Position numbers and translations under genes: made by a program. The notes under the pieces are model-generated. The model did not search any database, was not told where the DNA came from, and saw only the letters and a program-made list of their open reading frames with translations. Shown one piece after another: positions 21,169 to 33,130 of a stretch of DNA of 64,000 bases. Each line of letters starts with the position of its first letter. Within the stretch, counting starts at the first letter, position 1. The DNA lies in contig CAUPZU010000012.1 of the NCBI GenBank assembly GCA_963516025.1, positions 11,749 to 75,748 of the forward strand, in the 5' to 3' direction. Source of the DNA: Acinetobacter lwoffii. Lineage in GTDB: Bacteria; Pseudomonadota; Gammaproteobacteria; Pseudomonadales; Moraxellaceae.

Positions 21169-21836
21169 GGGTATTCATCAAGTTTATAACCCATACCGCG
21201 TACGGTATGAATCAGTTTTGGCGTGTAATGATCATCAATTTTGCTCCGCAGCCTGCGAATGGCCACATCCACCACATTGGTATCGGTATTAAAATTGATA
21301 TTCCAGACCATGGAGGCAATCTGGCTCCGTGTCATCACCTGCCCCTGATGCTCCATCAACAGTTGCAACAGCGCAAATTCTTTCTGGCTTAATTCGATCT
21401 TTTGTTCATTACGATATACTTCATGCTTTAGGCGGTTCAATACCAGACCTGCAACCTGATAGGCCTCCTGCTCCAGTCGCGGCACACGGCGCAACAGACT
21501 TTTGATCCGGGCCAGTAACTCAATATAGGAAAAAGGTTTGGTCAGATAATCATCGGCGCCAAGCTCCAGGCCTTTCACCCGATCCAGCACATGATCGCGT
21601 GCAGTGAGCATCAATACCGGAATCTGGCTAAAAGTTCGCAAGGTTTTCAGCACCTGCCAGCCGTCCAGATCTGGCAGCATTACATCCAGCAGTACCAGAT
21701 CAAATGACTGTTGCTGCAAACAGGCCAATGCCAACACGCCATTTTCAGCAATGGCCGTGCTATAACCTGACTCACTCAGTCCTTTTGCCAGATATTCAGC
21801 AATCTTGACTTCATCTTCTACAATTAAAATATGCAT
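21165..21836 (-). CDS. CusR/HprR(YedW)/IrlR-like OmpR-family response regulator
   Basis: LDVMLP, GADDYLTKPF, WNINFNTDTNVVDVAIRRLRSKID. Confidence 0.92.
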   Translation of the reverse strand: MHILIVEDEVKIAEYLAKGLSESGYSTAIAENGVLALACLQQQSFDLVLLDVMLPDLDGWQVLKTLRTFSQIPVLMLTARDHVLDRVKGLELGADDYLTKPFSYIELLARIKSLLRRVPRLEQEAYQVAGLVLNRLKHEVYRNEQKIELSQKEFALLQLLMEHQGQVMTRSQIASMVWNINFNTDTNVVDVAIRRLRSKIDDHYTPKLIHTVRGMGYKLDEYP

Positions 21837-21868
21837 GTCAGTAGTTTAGCTGTTTTTACCTATGCCTA

Positions 21869-21886
21869 GATTACAAATTGGTAATC
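21869..21886. promoter_or_regulatory. CusR/HprR-type palindromic binding box
   Basis: GATTACAAATTGGTAATC near-palindrome, similar to the ATNACAAnnTTGTNAT box, between divergent genes. Confidence 0.7.
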
Positions 21887-21947
21887 TGATTGTCATGCTG
21901 CACTGGCGTATTTCTTTCTACAATAGCAACAGTATTCAATTGCATGA

Positions 21948-22454
21948 ATGACAAGTATGAAAAATTCAATCGCCAAAACAACCCTAGCCTTGTTCAGCAG
22001 CTCATTACTACTCAGCTCACTGGCACATGCAGAATTAAAAACAGCACCAGTCATGTCGCTAGAAGCAGCAAAGCTTATGGCCAGCAATGTCATGTTGGCC
22101 TGCCAGAAACAGGCCAAGCCCGCAGCAGTCGTGGTTCTGGATCAGGGTGGTAATCTGCTGGCTAGTCAACGCCATGAATCTGTCGGCATTCACAACCTGA
22201 TCGCAGCAGAACGCAAGGCCTTTACCGCGTATTCAACGAAAACCAGTACGCTGGATTTTATGCGCAATGCCCAGAACAATCCGGACGCACAGAACCTGAA
22301 TAGTTTGCCTGAACTGCTGTTACTGGGCGGCGGTGTACCTGTTATGTACCAGAATCATATTTTAGGTGCTGTAGGTGTTGCGGGTGCAGGCGGTTCGGAA
22401 CAGGATCATCAATGTGCCAATAGCGGCATTCAAAGCACTTTAAAACAGCTTTAA
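21948..22454 (+). CDS. Secreted GlcG/HbpS family heme-binding protein
   Basis: Signal peptide ending AHA; AERKAFTA, LLGGGVPV, GAVGVAGAGG..DHQCA. Start may be 21957. Confidence 0.88.
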   Translation: MTSMKNSIAKTTLALFSSSLLLSSLAHAELKTAPVMSLEAAKLMASNVMLACQKQAKPAAVVVLDQGGNLLASQRHESVGIHNLIAAERKAFTAYSTKTSTLDFMRNAQNNPDAQNLNSLPELLLLGGGVPVMYQNHILGAVGVAGAGGSEQDHQCANSGIQSTLKQL

Positions 22455-22523
22455 TCTATTTAAATAAGTCTTATTGGTTTCTTTTATTCAATATTACTTC
22501 ATCCATCTACTGAGGAATACAAC

Positions 22524-22922
22524 ATGAAAAAAATCCTGCTAGCAACCCTTGCGAGCACCGCAGCCACGCTTTCCTTTGCACAGAATCCACTTAGTGTGCA
22601 TGTTCTGAATCAGGAAACAGGTTTACCTTCCGCAAATATTGCAGTTACTTTGGAAGCACAGCAAGGTGAGAAATGGGTCAAGCTCAATGAAGCTGAAACA
22701 GATCAAAATGGCCGTATTAAAGAGCTATATCCAAAAGATACCAATCTGCAAAAGGGTATTTATAAAGTGACCTTTAAAACGGGTGACTGGTTTAAGGCCA
22801 ATAATCAGCGGACATTCTTCCCTGAAGTACCGGTGGTCTTTATGATTGATGGTGCTTTAGAGCATTATCATATTCCACTGTTATTGAGCTCTTATGGTTA
22901 TTCGACTTATCGCGGTAACTAA
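22524..22922 (+). CDS. hiuH: Periplasmic transthyretin-like 5-hydroxyisourate hydrolase
   Basis: Signal peptide; LSVHVLN, TDQNGRI, FFPEV, HYHIPLLLS.YGYSTYRGN. Confidence 0.9.
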   Translation: MKKILLATLASTAATLSFAQNPLSVHVLNQETGLPSANIAVTLEAQQGEKWVKLNEAETDQNGRIKELYPKDTNLQKGIYKVTFKTGDWFKANNQRTFFPEVPVVFMIDGALEHYHIPLLLSSYGYSTYRGN

Positions 22923-23051
22923 GCTCTTTCACTTAAGGCCCATCTTATTGGGCCTTATTCTTTTACTTGTTATTCTTGTGCTGGAATGCTATTCATGACT
23001 CATATTAAATGAATTTAAAAATAAAACGTATCTCAAACAAGGAGCTTTGCA

Positions 23052-23444
23052 ATGGATCAGCAAGTCAACCAGATGTTTAATCAGGATCGATTAATCCAGC
23101 ATCTTGGTGCACACCTTGTTGCTTATAGTCACAATCACGCAAAAATTTCGCTGAAAGTCACTGAACAACATTTACAGGGTCACAAGACCTGTAACGGCGC
23201 AGTGATTTTCGCGCTTGCAGATGCGGCATTTGCCATTGCCTGTAATACAGGTGAACATCCGGCTGTTGGTCAGCATTGTGGAATTCATTATTTAAAATCA
23301 GGAGTTCTTGGCGATACATTGACTGCTGTAGCAGAACATAGGGCCAGCAGTGGCCGTAGCGGAATTTACGATATTCAGGTGATAAATCAGCATGATCAAA
23401 TTGTGGCAGAGTTCCGCGGTACGTCTCGACTGATCATCAGATAA
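23052..23444 (+). CDS. paaI: PaaI-like hotdog thioesterase
   Basis: GHKTCNGAVIFALADAAFAIACN, GRSGIYDI, VAEFRG. Confidence 0.8.
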   Translation: MDQQVNQMFNQDRLIQHLGAHLVAYSHNHAKISLKVTEQHLQGHKTCNGAVIFALADAAFAIACNTGEHPAVGQHCGIHYLKSGVLGDTLTAVAEHRASSGRSGIYDIQVINQHDQIVAEFRGTSRLIIR

Positions 23445-23463
23445 TTTTCAAAACTTGATGCAA

Positions 23464-23494
23464 TAAAAAACCGATGCCTAAGCATCGGTTTTTA
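23464..23494. terminator. Bidirectional terminator
   Basis: AAAAAACCGATGC-CTAA-GCATCGGTTTTT. Confidence 0.85.
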
Positions 23495-23509
23495 AAGTTT
23501 GAAATTTAA

Positions 23510-25213
23510 TTAAGCTTTCAACCACTTTTCAGCTTTAGTCTGATCTTCAATTTTCAGTTCAACTTCGGTCAGTTCAGAACCAGCTGCCTGAACTTCAAAG
23601 CTCATCAGCTCGTCACGACGAAAAGCATGCATGGTATAAACACCTTCCTGTTTTGCATAACTTTCCATTAACTTCATCGTTGCTTTTAAACCATCAACGG
23701 CAATAATCACATCATTGGCAGAAAGGCCAACTACTACAGCAGTACTATCACGACGCGCCGACTGAACCAGTACACCTTCCGGCTTATCTACCAGTTTTAA
23801 ACCGAAAGGCAATGACTTGTCATTTTTCAGGTTATAACCGATACCAAACTCAGGCAATAACTGATCCAGTGGCAATTCATCTGTGGTATTAATCAAGTGA
23901 TTAATCTGCTCTGACCAATCATCACCGGTCAGCTCTTTGCATAATTCAAAGATCGTCCGCTCATGTACCTGAACACCCTTTTGTGCATTTTCATACAAAC
24001 GGCGCATCAAGGCATCCAGACTTGAACCGCGTAAACGCAAACCTAAGTCTAGGCACAATGCAACCAAACAACCTTTGTTGTAATAGCTGGTGCCGGCATT
24101 ATTCGAGTTTTCATCCTGACGGTAGAATTTCACCCAGGCATCAAAACTGGATTCAGACACCGACTGAATCGCACGACCCGGATTCTGCAAGTAACGATCA
24201 ATCTGCGCTTTTAATAAAGCAATATATGATTCCTGGTTAATCACGCCACTGCGTAGCAAAATCAAATCATCATAATAAGAAGTGAAGCCTTCAAAGATCC
24301 ACAGCAAAGACGTATAGCCTTCACGGTTCAAATCATAATTGACAAAATTTTCAGGGCGAATAAATTTCACCAACCAAGAATGGAAATATTCATGGCTACA
24401 TAGGCCGAGGAAACGCTGATAATCTTTGGAAGGTTCTTCAGGCTCATTGGCCTTAGGCAAGTCATCACGCGGTGAAATCAAGCTGGTAGAATTTGGATGC
24501 TCCAGACCGCCATAGCTATTGCCGGTTGCCATGGTCATAAAGGTATAGTCTGTAAACGGCGCTGAACCAAACATGGAAATTTCTGTAGCACAGATTTTTT
24601 CAATATCTTGCTGCATACGCGCGGCATTCATGGCATGTTTACCGGACACCACAAATTCATGCGGAATGCCATTTGCTTCAAAACTGAAACGGGTTTGTTC
24701 TGCTAGCTCAAATGGCGCATCAATCAATTCGGCATAGTTTTTGGCTTTCAGGGTGAAACGGCCTTTGACCAGACTTTTGGCTTGCAGGCCGGTTGCCAGC
24801 TGAAAATGCTTTAATTCATCTGGCAGGAAGATTTCCAGTTCAATTTCTTTATTTTCCTGACCTTCTAGCCCTAAACATGCACAAGCGGGATTCACATAGA
24901 GACGATTTTGATCCACATATGCACCACGAACGGACAGATCATAGGCATACACATCATATTCCACCGTAATCAGCTCATGATCGGTATTGAATAAACGCCA
25001 TTTGTTCTTTTCAAATTTCTGGATCTGTAACTGGCGCCCATCTTCATCATAGGCTTTGACCGCTTCAATGTGCTTGGAAAACTCTCGAATCAGATAGCTT
25101 CCCGGAATCCAGGTCGGTAATGACAAGACTTGAGTCGGGTCCGCAAGAAAACGAACAGTCACGTGAATAAGATGCTGACGATAATCGTCAAATTCAATTT
25201 GATAATGCAACAT
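23510..25213 (-). CDS. M61 glycyl aminopeptidase family protein with PDZ domain
   Basis: PTWIPGSYLIREF, GGLEH, HEYFHSW, EGFTSYY, SYYNKG. Confidence 0.9.
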   Translation of the reverse strand: MLHYQIEFDDYRQHLIHVTVRFLADPTQVLSLPTWIPGSYLIREFSKHIEAVKAYDEDGRQLQIQKFEKNKWRLFNTDHELITVEYDVYAYDLSVRGAYVDQNRLYVNPACACLGLEGQENKEIELEIFLPDELKHFQLATGLQAKSLVKGRFTLKAKNYAELIDAPFELAEQTRFSFEANGIPHEFVVSGKHAMNAARMQQDIEKICATEISMFGSAPFTDYTFMTMATGNSYGGLEHPNSTSLISPRDDLPKANEPEEPSKDYQRFLGLCSHEYFHSWLVKFIRPENFVNYDLNREGYTSLLWIFEGFTSYYDDLILLRSGVINQESYIALLKAQIDRYLQNPGRAIQSVSESSFDAWVKFYRQDENSNNAGTSYYNKGCLVALCLDLGLRLRGSSLDALMRRLYENAQKGVQVHERTIFELCKELTGDDWSEQINHLINTTDELPLDQLLPEFGIGYNLKNDKSLPFGLKLVDKPEGVLVQSARRDSTAVVVGLSANDVIIAVDGLKATMKLMESYAKQEGVYTMHAFRRDELMSFEVQAAGSELTEVELKIEDQTKAEKWLKA

Positions 25214-25388
25214 AATGAACGATATAAAATTAAAATAAATGAGATATAGCTTAGCTTAGCATTTTTTAAGCCAGTATGGTTTAGCTGTCTTATTTGTCTA
25301 CATTTACGACTAGCTATCTGTATAAAAAAGGCATAGCATGCGTGAAAATTAAATCGTTCAACACCCGCCGGGTTATCAAGGAACACCA

Positions 25389-26702
25389 TTGAAATACATC
25401 ATCTCACTGATTGCGGTTTTCAGTTTATTTATTTCTGCATTTTCACATGCTGCCCTACTCAATATTGTGCCTGAAAGCGTTGAAGCTGAAGCCTGGACCA
25501 TTCTGGATTCACAGTCTGGTCAAGTCATTGCAGAGCATAATGCCGATGTGCAACGCGCTCCGGCTTCGCTGACCAAAATGATGGTGGCTTATATTGCCTT
25601 AAAGGAAATTGAGGCCGGAAAATTAGATAAAAATGAAGTTTTAACCGCGACCTCTGTGGTGAAAACTGTGATGTGGGATGAGTCACAAATGTACCTGAAA
25701 GAAGGTGATCAGATTTCAGTCGATCAGCTTCTGGCGGGCTTAATTATCATGTCTGCTAATGATGCCGCGGTGACGCTGGCTGAGAAAATTTCGGGTGGTA
25801 TTCCGCAGTTTGTTGAACGTATGAATCAGGAAGCCAAAGCACTGGGCATGCAACATACCAATTTCCAGAATCCGGCCGGTATTACCATGCCTGAGCATTA
25901 TTCGACTGCCGCCGATTTAGCCAGACTGTCTATGGCGGTGGTGAATGAAACTCCGGATTATCTGTATTATTCCAAGCAGCCAAGCTTTACCTACAATCAG
26001 TATTTTCATCGTGCGACCAACCGTGTGCTTCAGGTCGATCCTACAGTAGATGGTTTAAAAACCGGTTTTACCCGTGCAGCGGGCTATAATCTGGCGCTGA
26101 CAGCCAATCGCGTCACCACAGATTTTGAAATGCCAAATCGCCGTCTGATTGTGGTGGTACTGGGTACTAAAAGTGCAGCAAAACGCGCTGAAGTATCACA
26201 TAAGCTGATGAATCTGGCTTATACCTATACCCGCAATGAGGTAGCGATCAAAGATCAACAGCTACTGGCTGAATTGCCTGTGATCAAATCCACCTTAAAA
26301 ATGTTTAAGGTACAAACCAAACAACCGCAGATCATTACCACTTCTTTATATGATCAGGGCTACAGTATTGACCTGAATCAGTTTGACCAGGCGCATCAGC
26401 GTGTCATGCTGAATACTGGTGATGGCGTTTTAAAAAGTATCGAGCCACTTCAGGAAACTCAGACTCATATCAATGTTGAAGTGAAGGCTTCTGAACTTAT
26501 TGCGCCTTTGGCCACCATGATGCCTTTGGCCACCATTCAGGTTTATCAGAATAATCAGTTGATTCGCACCATTCAAATTGAAGATCATGTCGAAATTGAA
26601 GAAGCCAACCTGTTTCAGAAATTCTTTAGCTGGCTACAAGGCTTGTTCAGTTTGTTTTCAGACAATACGCCAAGCGTAAAGCTTTATCCTTTAGATAGAT
26701 AA
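25389..26702 (+). CDS. D-alanyl-D-alanine carboxypeptidase (PBP5/6 family)
   Basis: Signal peptide; SxxK (ASLTK), SxN (SAN), KTG. Confidence 0.9.
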   Translation: MKYIISLIAVFSLFISAFSHAALLNIVPESVEAEAWTILDSQSGQVIAEHNADVQRAPASLTKMMVAYIALKEIEAGKLDKNEVLTATSVVKTVMWDESQMYLKEGDQISVDQLLAGLIIMSANDAAVTLAEKISGGIPQFVERMNQEAKALGMQHTNFQNPAGITMPEHYSTAADLARLSMAVVNETPDYLYYSKQPSFTYNQYFHRATNRVLQVDPTVDGLKTGFTRAAGYNLALTANRVTTDFEMPNRRLIVVVLGTKSAAKRAEVSHKLMNLAYTYTRNEVAIKDQQLLAELPVIKSTLKMFKVQTKQPQIITTSLYDQGYSIDLNQFDQAHQRVMLNTGDGVLKSIEPLQETQTHINVEVKASELIAPLATMMPLATIQVYQNNQLIRTIQIEDHVEIEEANLFQKFFSWLQGLFSLFSDNTPSVKLYPLDR

Positions 26703-26940
26703 TCTACATCTCAAGTAACTTCCCTTTAAGCTAGAAGATCTCCTCTCTGATCTTCTGGCAGATTTTCCTTTCTTCCTGCATCACGCCCTCAAGACAGGGA
26801 AACTTACCTGCCCTCACAGAATTGCTACGTTTTGTAATGTGTATAACAATTTTAATCAAGACGCGTTTTAGCGCATGCCATAGTATATTTTCTCTCTATT
26901 TCTCTTATTTTTATTAAAAAAATAAACAGGTTAATCATAT

Positions 26941-28227
26941 ATGACAGCACATAAAATCGTGATTGTGGGTGGTGGTGCCGGTGGTCTGGAACTGGCGACT
27001 CAGCTGGGTGAGAGCTTGGGTAAAAGCGGTAAAGCCCGGATTATTCTGGTCGATCAAAAATTGACGCACATCTGGAAGCCACTGCTGCATGAAGTTGCTG
27101 CGGGCACCTTAAATCCACATGAAGAAGAAACCAATTATTTTGCCCATTCAGCCGCACATCATTATGAATTTGTCTTGGGCACATTTACCGGTCTGGATCG
27201 TGAAGCGAAACAGATTGTGGTCGAAACAGAATATTTTTCCAAAACATCCCAGTCCAAGAAAAACCAGCGCATCGACTATGACACCCTGGTACTGGCCTTG
27301 GGTTCTACCTCGAATGACTTTAATACCGAAGGCGTCAAACAGTTCTGTCATTTTCTCGACAGCCGTCCACAAGCTGATATCTTTCAACAGGATCTGTTAC
27401 ATCTCTACCTGAATGCTCAACATGAAGCTTCGAGCCGTGAACTGAATATCGCGATTATTGGCGCCGGTGCGACTGGAGTAGAATTGGCTGCCGAGTTGGT
27501 GGAGGCCAAACACAATTTCTTTAAATATGGCTTAAACAAGGTCGATCCAAATAAGGTCAAAATTACTTTAATTGAAGCGGCGGATCGTATTCTGACTGCC
27601 CTTTCCCCTAAAGTTGCCGAACATACCATGCAACAGCTGGAAAAATTCGGTATTGAAGTCTTGACCAGTCACCGTGTAGCCAAGGTCGATGAAGACAAAA
27701 TTTATTTTGCAGATGGCTCAAGTCTGGATGCCGAGATTAAAGTCTGGGCCGCAGGCATCAAAGCACCTGAAGTCTTGGCACAACTGCAAGATATGGAAAA
27801 GGACAATATTCACCGCTTGAAAGTCTACTCCACCCTGCAAACCAAATCTGATCCAGACATTTTTGCTTTTGGTGATTGTGCACACTGCCAGCCTGCTGCA
27901 GATGAACCGGTCTTGGGTCCACGCGCACAAGTGGCCAGCCAGCAGGCCAATTTTCTGGCCCATGCCTTGAAAGCGCGTGTCAATGAAGAAAGTTATTTAC
28001 CGATGTTTAAATTTTCTGACAAAGGTTCACTGATTTCCTTAAGCCAGAATAAAGCCGTCGGCGAGTTGCTCGGTCAGGTCAATGTTCAAGGCTTTGTTGC
28101 CAAGTCAATGTACGTTTCCTTATATAGAATTCATCAGGCGACCATTCATGGTTATGCGCATGCGGGCATTCTGACTGCAAAAGATTTTGTTACACGAAAA
28201 ATTTCTCCAAAGCTGAAATTGCATTGA
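26941..28227 (+). CDS. ndh: Type II NADH dehydrogenase
   Basis: GGGAGGLELA, HIWKPLLHEVAAG, GAGATGVELAAE, C-terminal PKLKLH. Confidence 0.92.
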   Translation: MTAHKIVIVGGGAGGLELATQLGESLGKSGKARIILVDQKLTHIWKPLLHEVAAGTLNPHEEETNYFAHSAAHHYEFVLGTFTGLDREAKQIVVETEYFSKTSQSKKNQRIDYDTLVLALGSTSNDFNTEGVKQFCHFLDSRPQADIFQQDLLHLYLNAQHEASSRELNIAIIGAGATGVELAAELVEAKHNFFKYGLNKVDPNKVKITLIEAADRILTALSPKVAEHTMQQLEKFGIEVLTSHRVAKVDEDKIYFADGSSLDAEIKVWAAGIKAPEVLAQLQDMEKDNIHRLKVYSTLQTKSDPDIFAFGDCAHCQPAADEPVLGPRAQVASQQANFLAHALKARVNEESYLPMFKFSDKGSLISLSQNKAVGELLGQVNVQGFVAKSMYVSLYRIHQATIHGYAHAGILTAKDFVTRKISPKLKLH

Positions 28228-28363
28228 AATTCCAGAATTTGGCCCAATCAATGAAAAAATCGTCAACAAAATTGTCAAATTGCGTTTTTTTGCTAATTTT
28301 AGTCTACAAAAATGCAATTTCACTTTATGATGTACCCTTAAAAAATTGAATGGATCAATTAAC

Positions 28364-28846
28364 ATGACTGCTATTGCAAATAACCTCGTGGTTTCTTTCC
28401 ACTACACATTGACTAACGCAGAGGGTGAAACTCTCGACCAATCTCAAGGTGAACCACTTGCCTATTTGCACGGTGCAGGTAACATCATCCCAGGTTTAGA
28501 AAATGCGTTAGAAGGCAAAACTGTAGGTGAAAAATTCACTGTAAACGTTCCTGCTGCTGAAGGTTATGGCGAATACAACCCTGACCTAGTTCAAGAAGTT
28601 CCTGCGCAAATGTTCCAAGGCGTAGACAACATTCAGGCAGGTATGCAGTTCCAAGCTCAAACTGATGACGGCGTGCAAATCGTAACTGTTAAAGCAGTTG
28701 AAGGCGACAATGTTGTTGTTGATGCTAACTTCCCACTTGCTGGTCAAGACCTGACTTTCGAAGTTGAAATCGTATCTGTTCGTGAAGCTTCTCAAGAAGA
28801 ATTAGATCACGGCCACGTACACGGTGTAGGCGGTCACCAGCACTAA
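28364..28846 (+). CDS. slyD: FKBP-type peptidyl-prolyl isomerase SlyD
   Basis: PLAYLHGAGNIIPGLE, PLAGQDLTFEV, ELDHGHVHG. Confidence 0.92.
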   Translation: MTAIANNLVVSFHYTLTNAEGETLDQSQGEPLAYLHGAGNIIPGLENALEGKTVGEKFTVNVPAAEGYGEYNPDLVQEVPAQMFQGVDNIQAGMQFQAQTDDGVQIVTVKAVEGDNVVVDANFPLAGQDLTFEVEIVSVREASQEELDHGHVHGVGGHQH

Positions 28847-28865
28847 GATCTTCTGATCTTGAGTG

Positions 28866-28897
28866 AAAAAAGGCAAAGTCAGACTTTGCCTTTTTTA
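28866..28897 (+). terminator. Terminator after slyD
   Basis: AAAAAAGGCAAAGTC-A-GACTTTGCCTTTTTT. Confidence 0.8.
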
Positions 28898-29012
28898 TTG
28901 CCTGAAAATAGCCCGCAGAATATTAACCATCCAATTAGCTATAAAAAAAGCAGAGCCATTGCCCTGCCTTTTCAATCCGATCAAGATCTCCTTTTACTGG
29001 ATGATCAGTGGA

Positions 29013-29786
29013 TTATTTTTTTTGGTTATAAATCTGCATCGCTGCTGGCAACTGTTGACGCATTTGCCCAATACGCTGGCTATTCGATGGATGCGTAGAC
29101 AGGAAGGTTGCACCACTGCCGCCACCGAGTTTGTTCATTTTTTCCCACAGGGTAATGGCTGCATTCGGGTTATAACCTGCGCGCGCCATCAGCATTAAAC
29201 CGCCTTGGTCAGCACGGCTTTCCAGATTACGCGAGTATGGCAAGCCAATACCGATCTGACTACCCAATTGTGCTGCTGCAGCGCCACCTTGACCCACACC
29301 TGCTGCATTTAAGCCAATACCCAAAGCCAGATCAGTCAGGGCTTGAGCACCGATTTTCTGCTTAGAATGCTCTTCTAAGGCATGCACCATTTCATGACCC
29401 ATAATCGCTGCAATTTCAGCATCGGTCAGATTCAGTTTATTCACGATACCGGTATAGAATACAACCTTACCACCTGGTGCAACAAAGGCGTTGACCTGAT
29501 CAGATTTGAGCACAGCCAATTGCCACTGGAATGCTGTACCGGTTTGATTCATCTGGTTAGCAACTGGCTTCAAACGATTAAATACATTATTAATCCGTTT
29601 ATAGGTGGCTGAACTGGTATCCAGTTGGCCTTTATTGCGCGCATCATTGACCATGGCATTATAGCTTTGGCTCGCAGATGCATTTAAGGTCGCAGTATCT
29701 GCCCCTGCCATATCGGCAATGGTGGTACAACCTGATAATGTTACGACTGTAGCAGCCGCCATACTCAATAAAAGTTTATTCTTCAT
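29013..29786 (-). CDS. M48 family zinc metallopeptidase lipoprotein
   Basis: Lipobox LSGC; NAFVAPGG, HEMVH, YSRNLESRAD, FLSTHP. Confidence 0.9.
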   Translation of the reverse strand: MKNKLLLSMAAATVVTLSGCTTIADMAGADTATLNASASQSYNAMVNDARNKGQLDTSSATYKRINNVFNRLKPVANQMNQTGTAFQWQLAVLKSDQVNAFVAPGGKVVFYTGIVNKLNLTDAEIAAIMGHEMVHALEEHSKQKIGAQALTDLALGIGLNAAGVGQGGAAAAQLGSQIGIGLPYSRNLESRADQGGLMLMARAGYNPNAAITLWEKMNKLGGGSGATFLSTHPSNSQRIGQMRQQLPAAMQIYNQKK

Positions 29787-29898
29787 TATAATTTACTCCA
29801 CCTTGGCTTAAGGGCAATTTACATTGTAAAAATTATAAGTGAAAGCACGCAGCAGCTAAACGCTTAATTCATTCATCTTCTTATAAATTATGTAATTT

Positions 29899-30219
29899 TT
29901 AAGCCAAATACTGTATCGCCAACCAATAAATCAGACAGATGATATTTAAGCCCAAGTAAACCTGACTCAGTGGTTTGATTTTCTGTTCAAGCATTTCGTC
30001 TTTACGTTTGAAATATAAAAAAGCATTTTGCAATAAAATAATAGGCACTAATACACAGGCGATAATGACACTCAGACCAATCAGCGCCGCATAAATCACT
30101 TCGGGATTTTGGGTTTGCGCACGAATAATCATCATGGCCATTGTTGGCGCCCCGCCCATCGCGAATAACAATGAATAAAACATGGTCGCCGATATATTTT
30201 TTTGCATCCTGCTGCTCAT
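29899..30219 (-). CDS. Hypothetical membrane protein
   Basis: Three hydrophobic segments; start uncertain. Confidence 0.6.
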   Translation of the reverse strand: MSSRMQKNISATMFYSLLFAMGGAPTMAMMIIRAQTQNPEVIYAALIGLSVIIACVLVPIILLQNAFLYFKRKDEMLEQKIKPLSQVYLGLNIICLIYWLAIQYLA

Positions 30220-30367
30220 TTTTCTTTCTTTATATACCGCTATGTTAAAGCACATCACGTGGTATTACCGATGCAACTTTAGTCTTGAAATACCTGCATA
30301 AATTCAGCATATAAAAAAACCCATCCGGAGATGGGTTTTCATCATTCAAGCTTTAATCTAATAAAGA

Positions 30368-31702
<1,335 letters not shown>

Positions 31703-31757
31703 TCATGCTGTTAAAGTTGAAAGCCCCGCTCAGCGACATGAACACTGAGCCAAGCAG

Positions 31758-32924
31758 TTAAATCGTTTTGACTGTCCACTCACCATTCGCATTCACCAGC
31801 TGGTGCGTCGCATATGGAATCGAGTTTAAATCATCATTACCCAGTAACTGAATTACACTTAAGCCTTGTGCGCGAATGTTCTGAATCGCATTCAGAAGTT
31901 CTGCATCAGTGCCTTTAGGTGCAACCACGACCTGTACCGCATCAAACTGACCTGCGCTTAAAGCATATAAGTCACAAGAGAAACCGGTTGCCGGACGCGC
32001 GCGGCCAAAATGCTCACCAATGCCATCATAACGGCCACCTTGTGCCAGTGCAGCTGCACGGTTCGGTGCATAGACTGCATACATCAGGCCAGTATGATAA
32101 TGGTATGAACGTAATTCAACCACATCAATCCCAATACTCAAGTTTGGCCAACGGGTTTGAACTTCGTCTTTGGTCGTTTGCAAGACATTAAAAGCCTGAG
32201 TGAATGCTGGATTTGCCAACACTTCAGCACTTAAATGCGCTTGTAATGCATCCAGGTCGCTGGCATAGCGTCCAAGTGCATAGAAATCTTGACCAAATTT
32301 CAGGTCTGCCGTGAATTCTTCTAATTCTGGCAAAGCCTTGCGTTGGTATAAATCAGATAATTGCTGTTCAGCGACTTTGTTCAAGCCTGCTTGAGCCACC
32401 AGACTGCGGAATAAACCGACATGACCTAAGTCCAGATGGATACCATCTGCCAGACCTGTCTCCTGAATCAGACTTATCATCAAGTCGACCATTTCTACAT
32501 CGGCATCGATGCTGTCTGAACCAAATAGCTCCGCACCTAACTGTAGTGGCGCACGCGAAGTGTTAAAACCGCGAGGCTTGGTATGCAGAACGGTTCCTGC
32601 ATAGCAGTAACGTGCTACACCTTCCACTGGATGTACATGCGCATCAATACGAGCCACTTGTGGTGTCATATCGGCACGCACACCAAGCAAACGACCAGAA
32701 AGCTGATCGATGACTTTAAAAGTGGCTAAGTCTAAATCTTGATTCGATTCTGAGAGAGAAGATAGAGATTCGATGTATTCAATGAATGGCGTGTACACCA
32801 ACTGATAACCTCGAGATGCAAGGAAATCCAGTGATTTACGGCGCAGACTTTCAATAACTTGCGCTTGTTCTGGTAATACATCAGCTACACCATCAGGTAA
32901 TAACCATGTCTCTGAAATGGGCAT
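31758..32924 (-). CDS. hisZ: ATP phosphoribosyltransferase regulatory subunit
   Basis: WLLPDG, RADMTPQVARID, QLGAELFG, GGRYD, RPATGFS; upstream of purA. Confidence 0.95.
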   Translation of the reverse strand: MPISETWLLPDGVADVLPEQAQVIESLRRKSLDFLASRGYQLVYTPFIEYIESLSSLSESNQDLDLATFKVIDQLSGRLLGVRADMTPQVARIDAHVHPVEGVARYCYAGTVLHTKPRGFNTSRAPLQLGAELFGSDSIDADVEMVDLMISLIQETGLADGIHLDLGHVGLFRSLVAQAGLNKVAEQQLSDLYQRKALPELEEFTADLKFGQDFYALGRYASDLDALQAHLSAEVLANPAFTQAFNVLQTTKDEVQTRWPNLSIGIDVVELRSYHYHTGLMYAVYAPNRAAALAQGGRYDGIGEHFGRARPATGFSCDLYALSAGQFDAVQVVVAPKGTDAELLNAIQNIRAQGLSVIQLLGNDDLNSIPYATHQLVNANGEWTVKTI

Positions 32925-33130
32925 GTTGTAAACCTAAATTCTTGTCAGCGCGGAACGAATCCGCATAAAAAAATCGGGAGCACACCCGATTTCTCCTAGT
33001 CTAGCACGATAGTTTTGGCTGTGCATCGCAAATTTTATAATTTTCGCTACCTGATGAAATCAACAACAATTGTGTCAACTATCAGCGTTTTAATGCACAT
33101 TTAAAACAAATAGCATGACAAAATCCGGCA

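Noticed and set aside
19783..23444. Two-component cassette as a mobile element
   Set aside because: No transposase, integrase, terminal repeats or target-site duplication seen.
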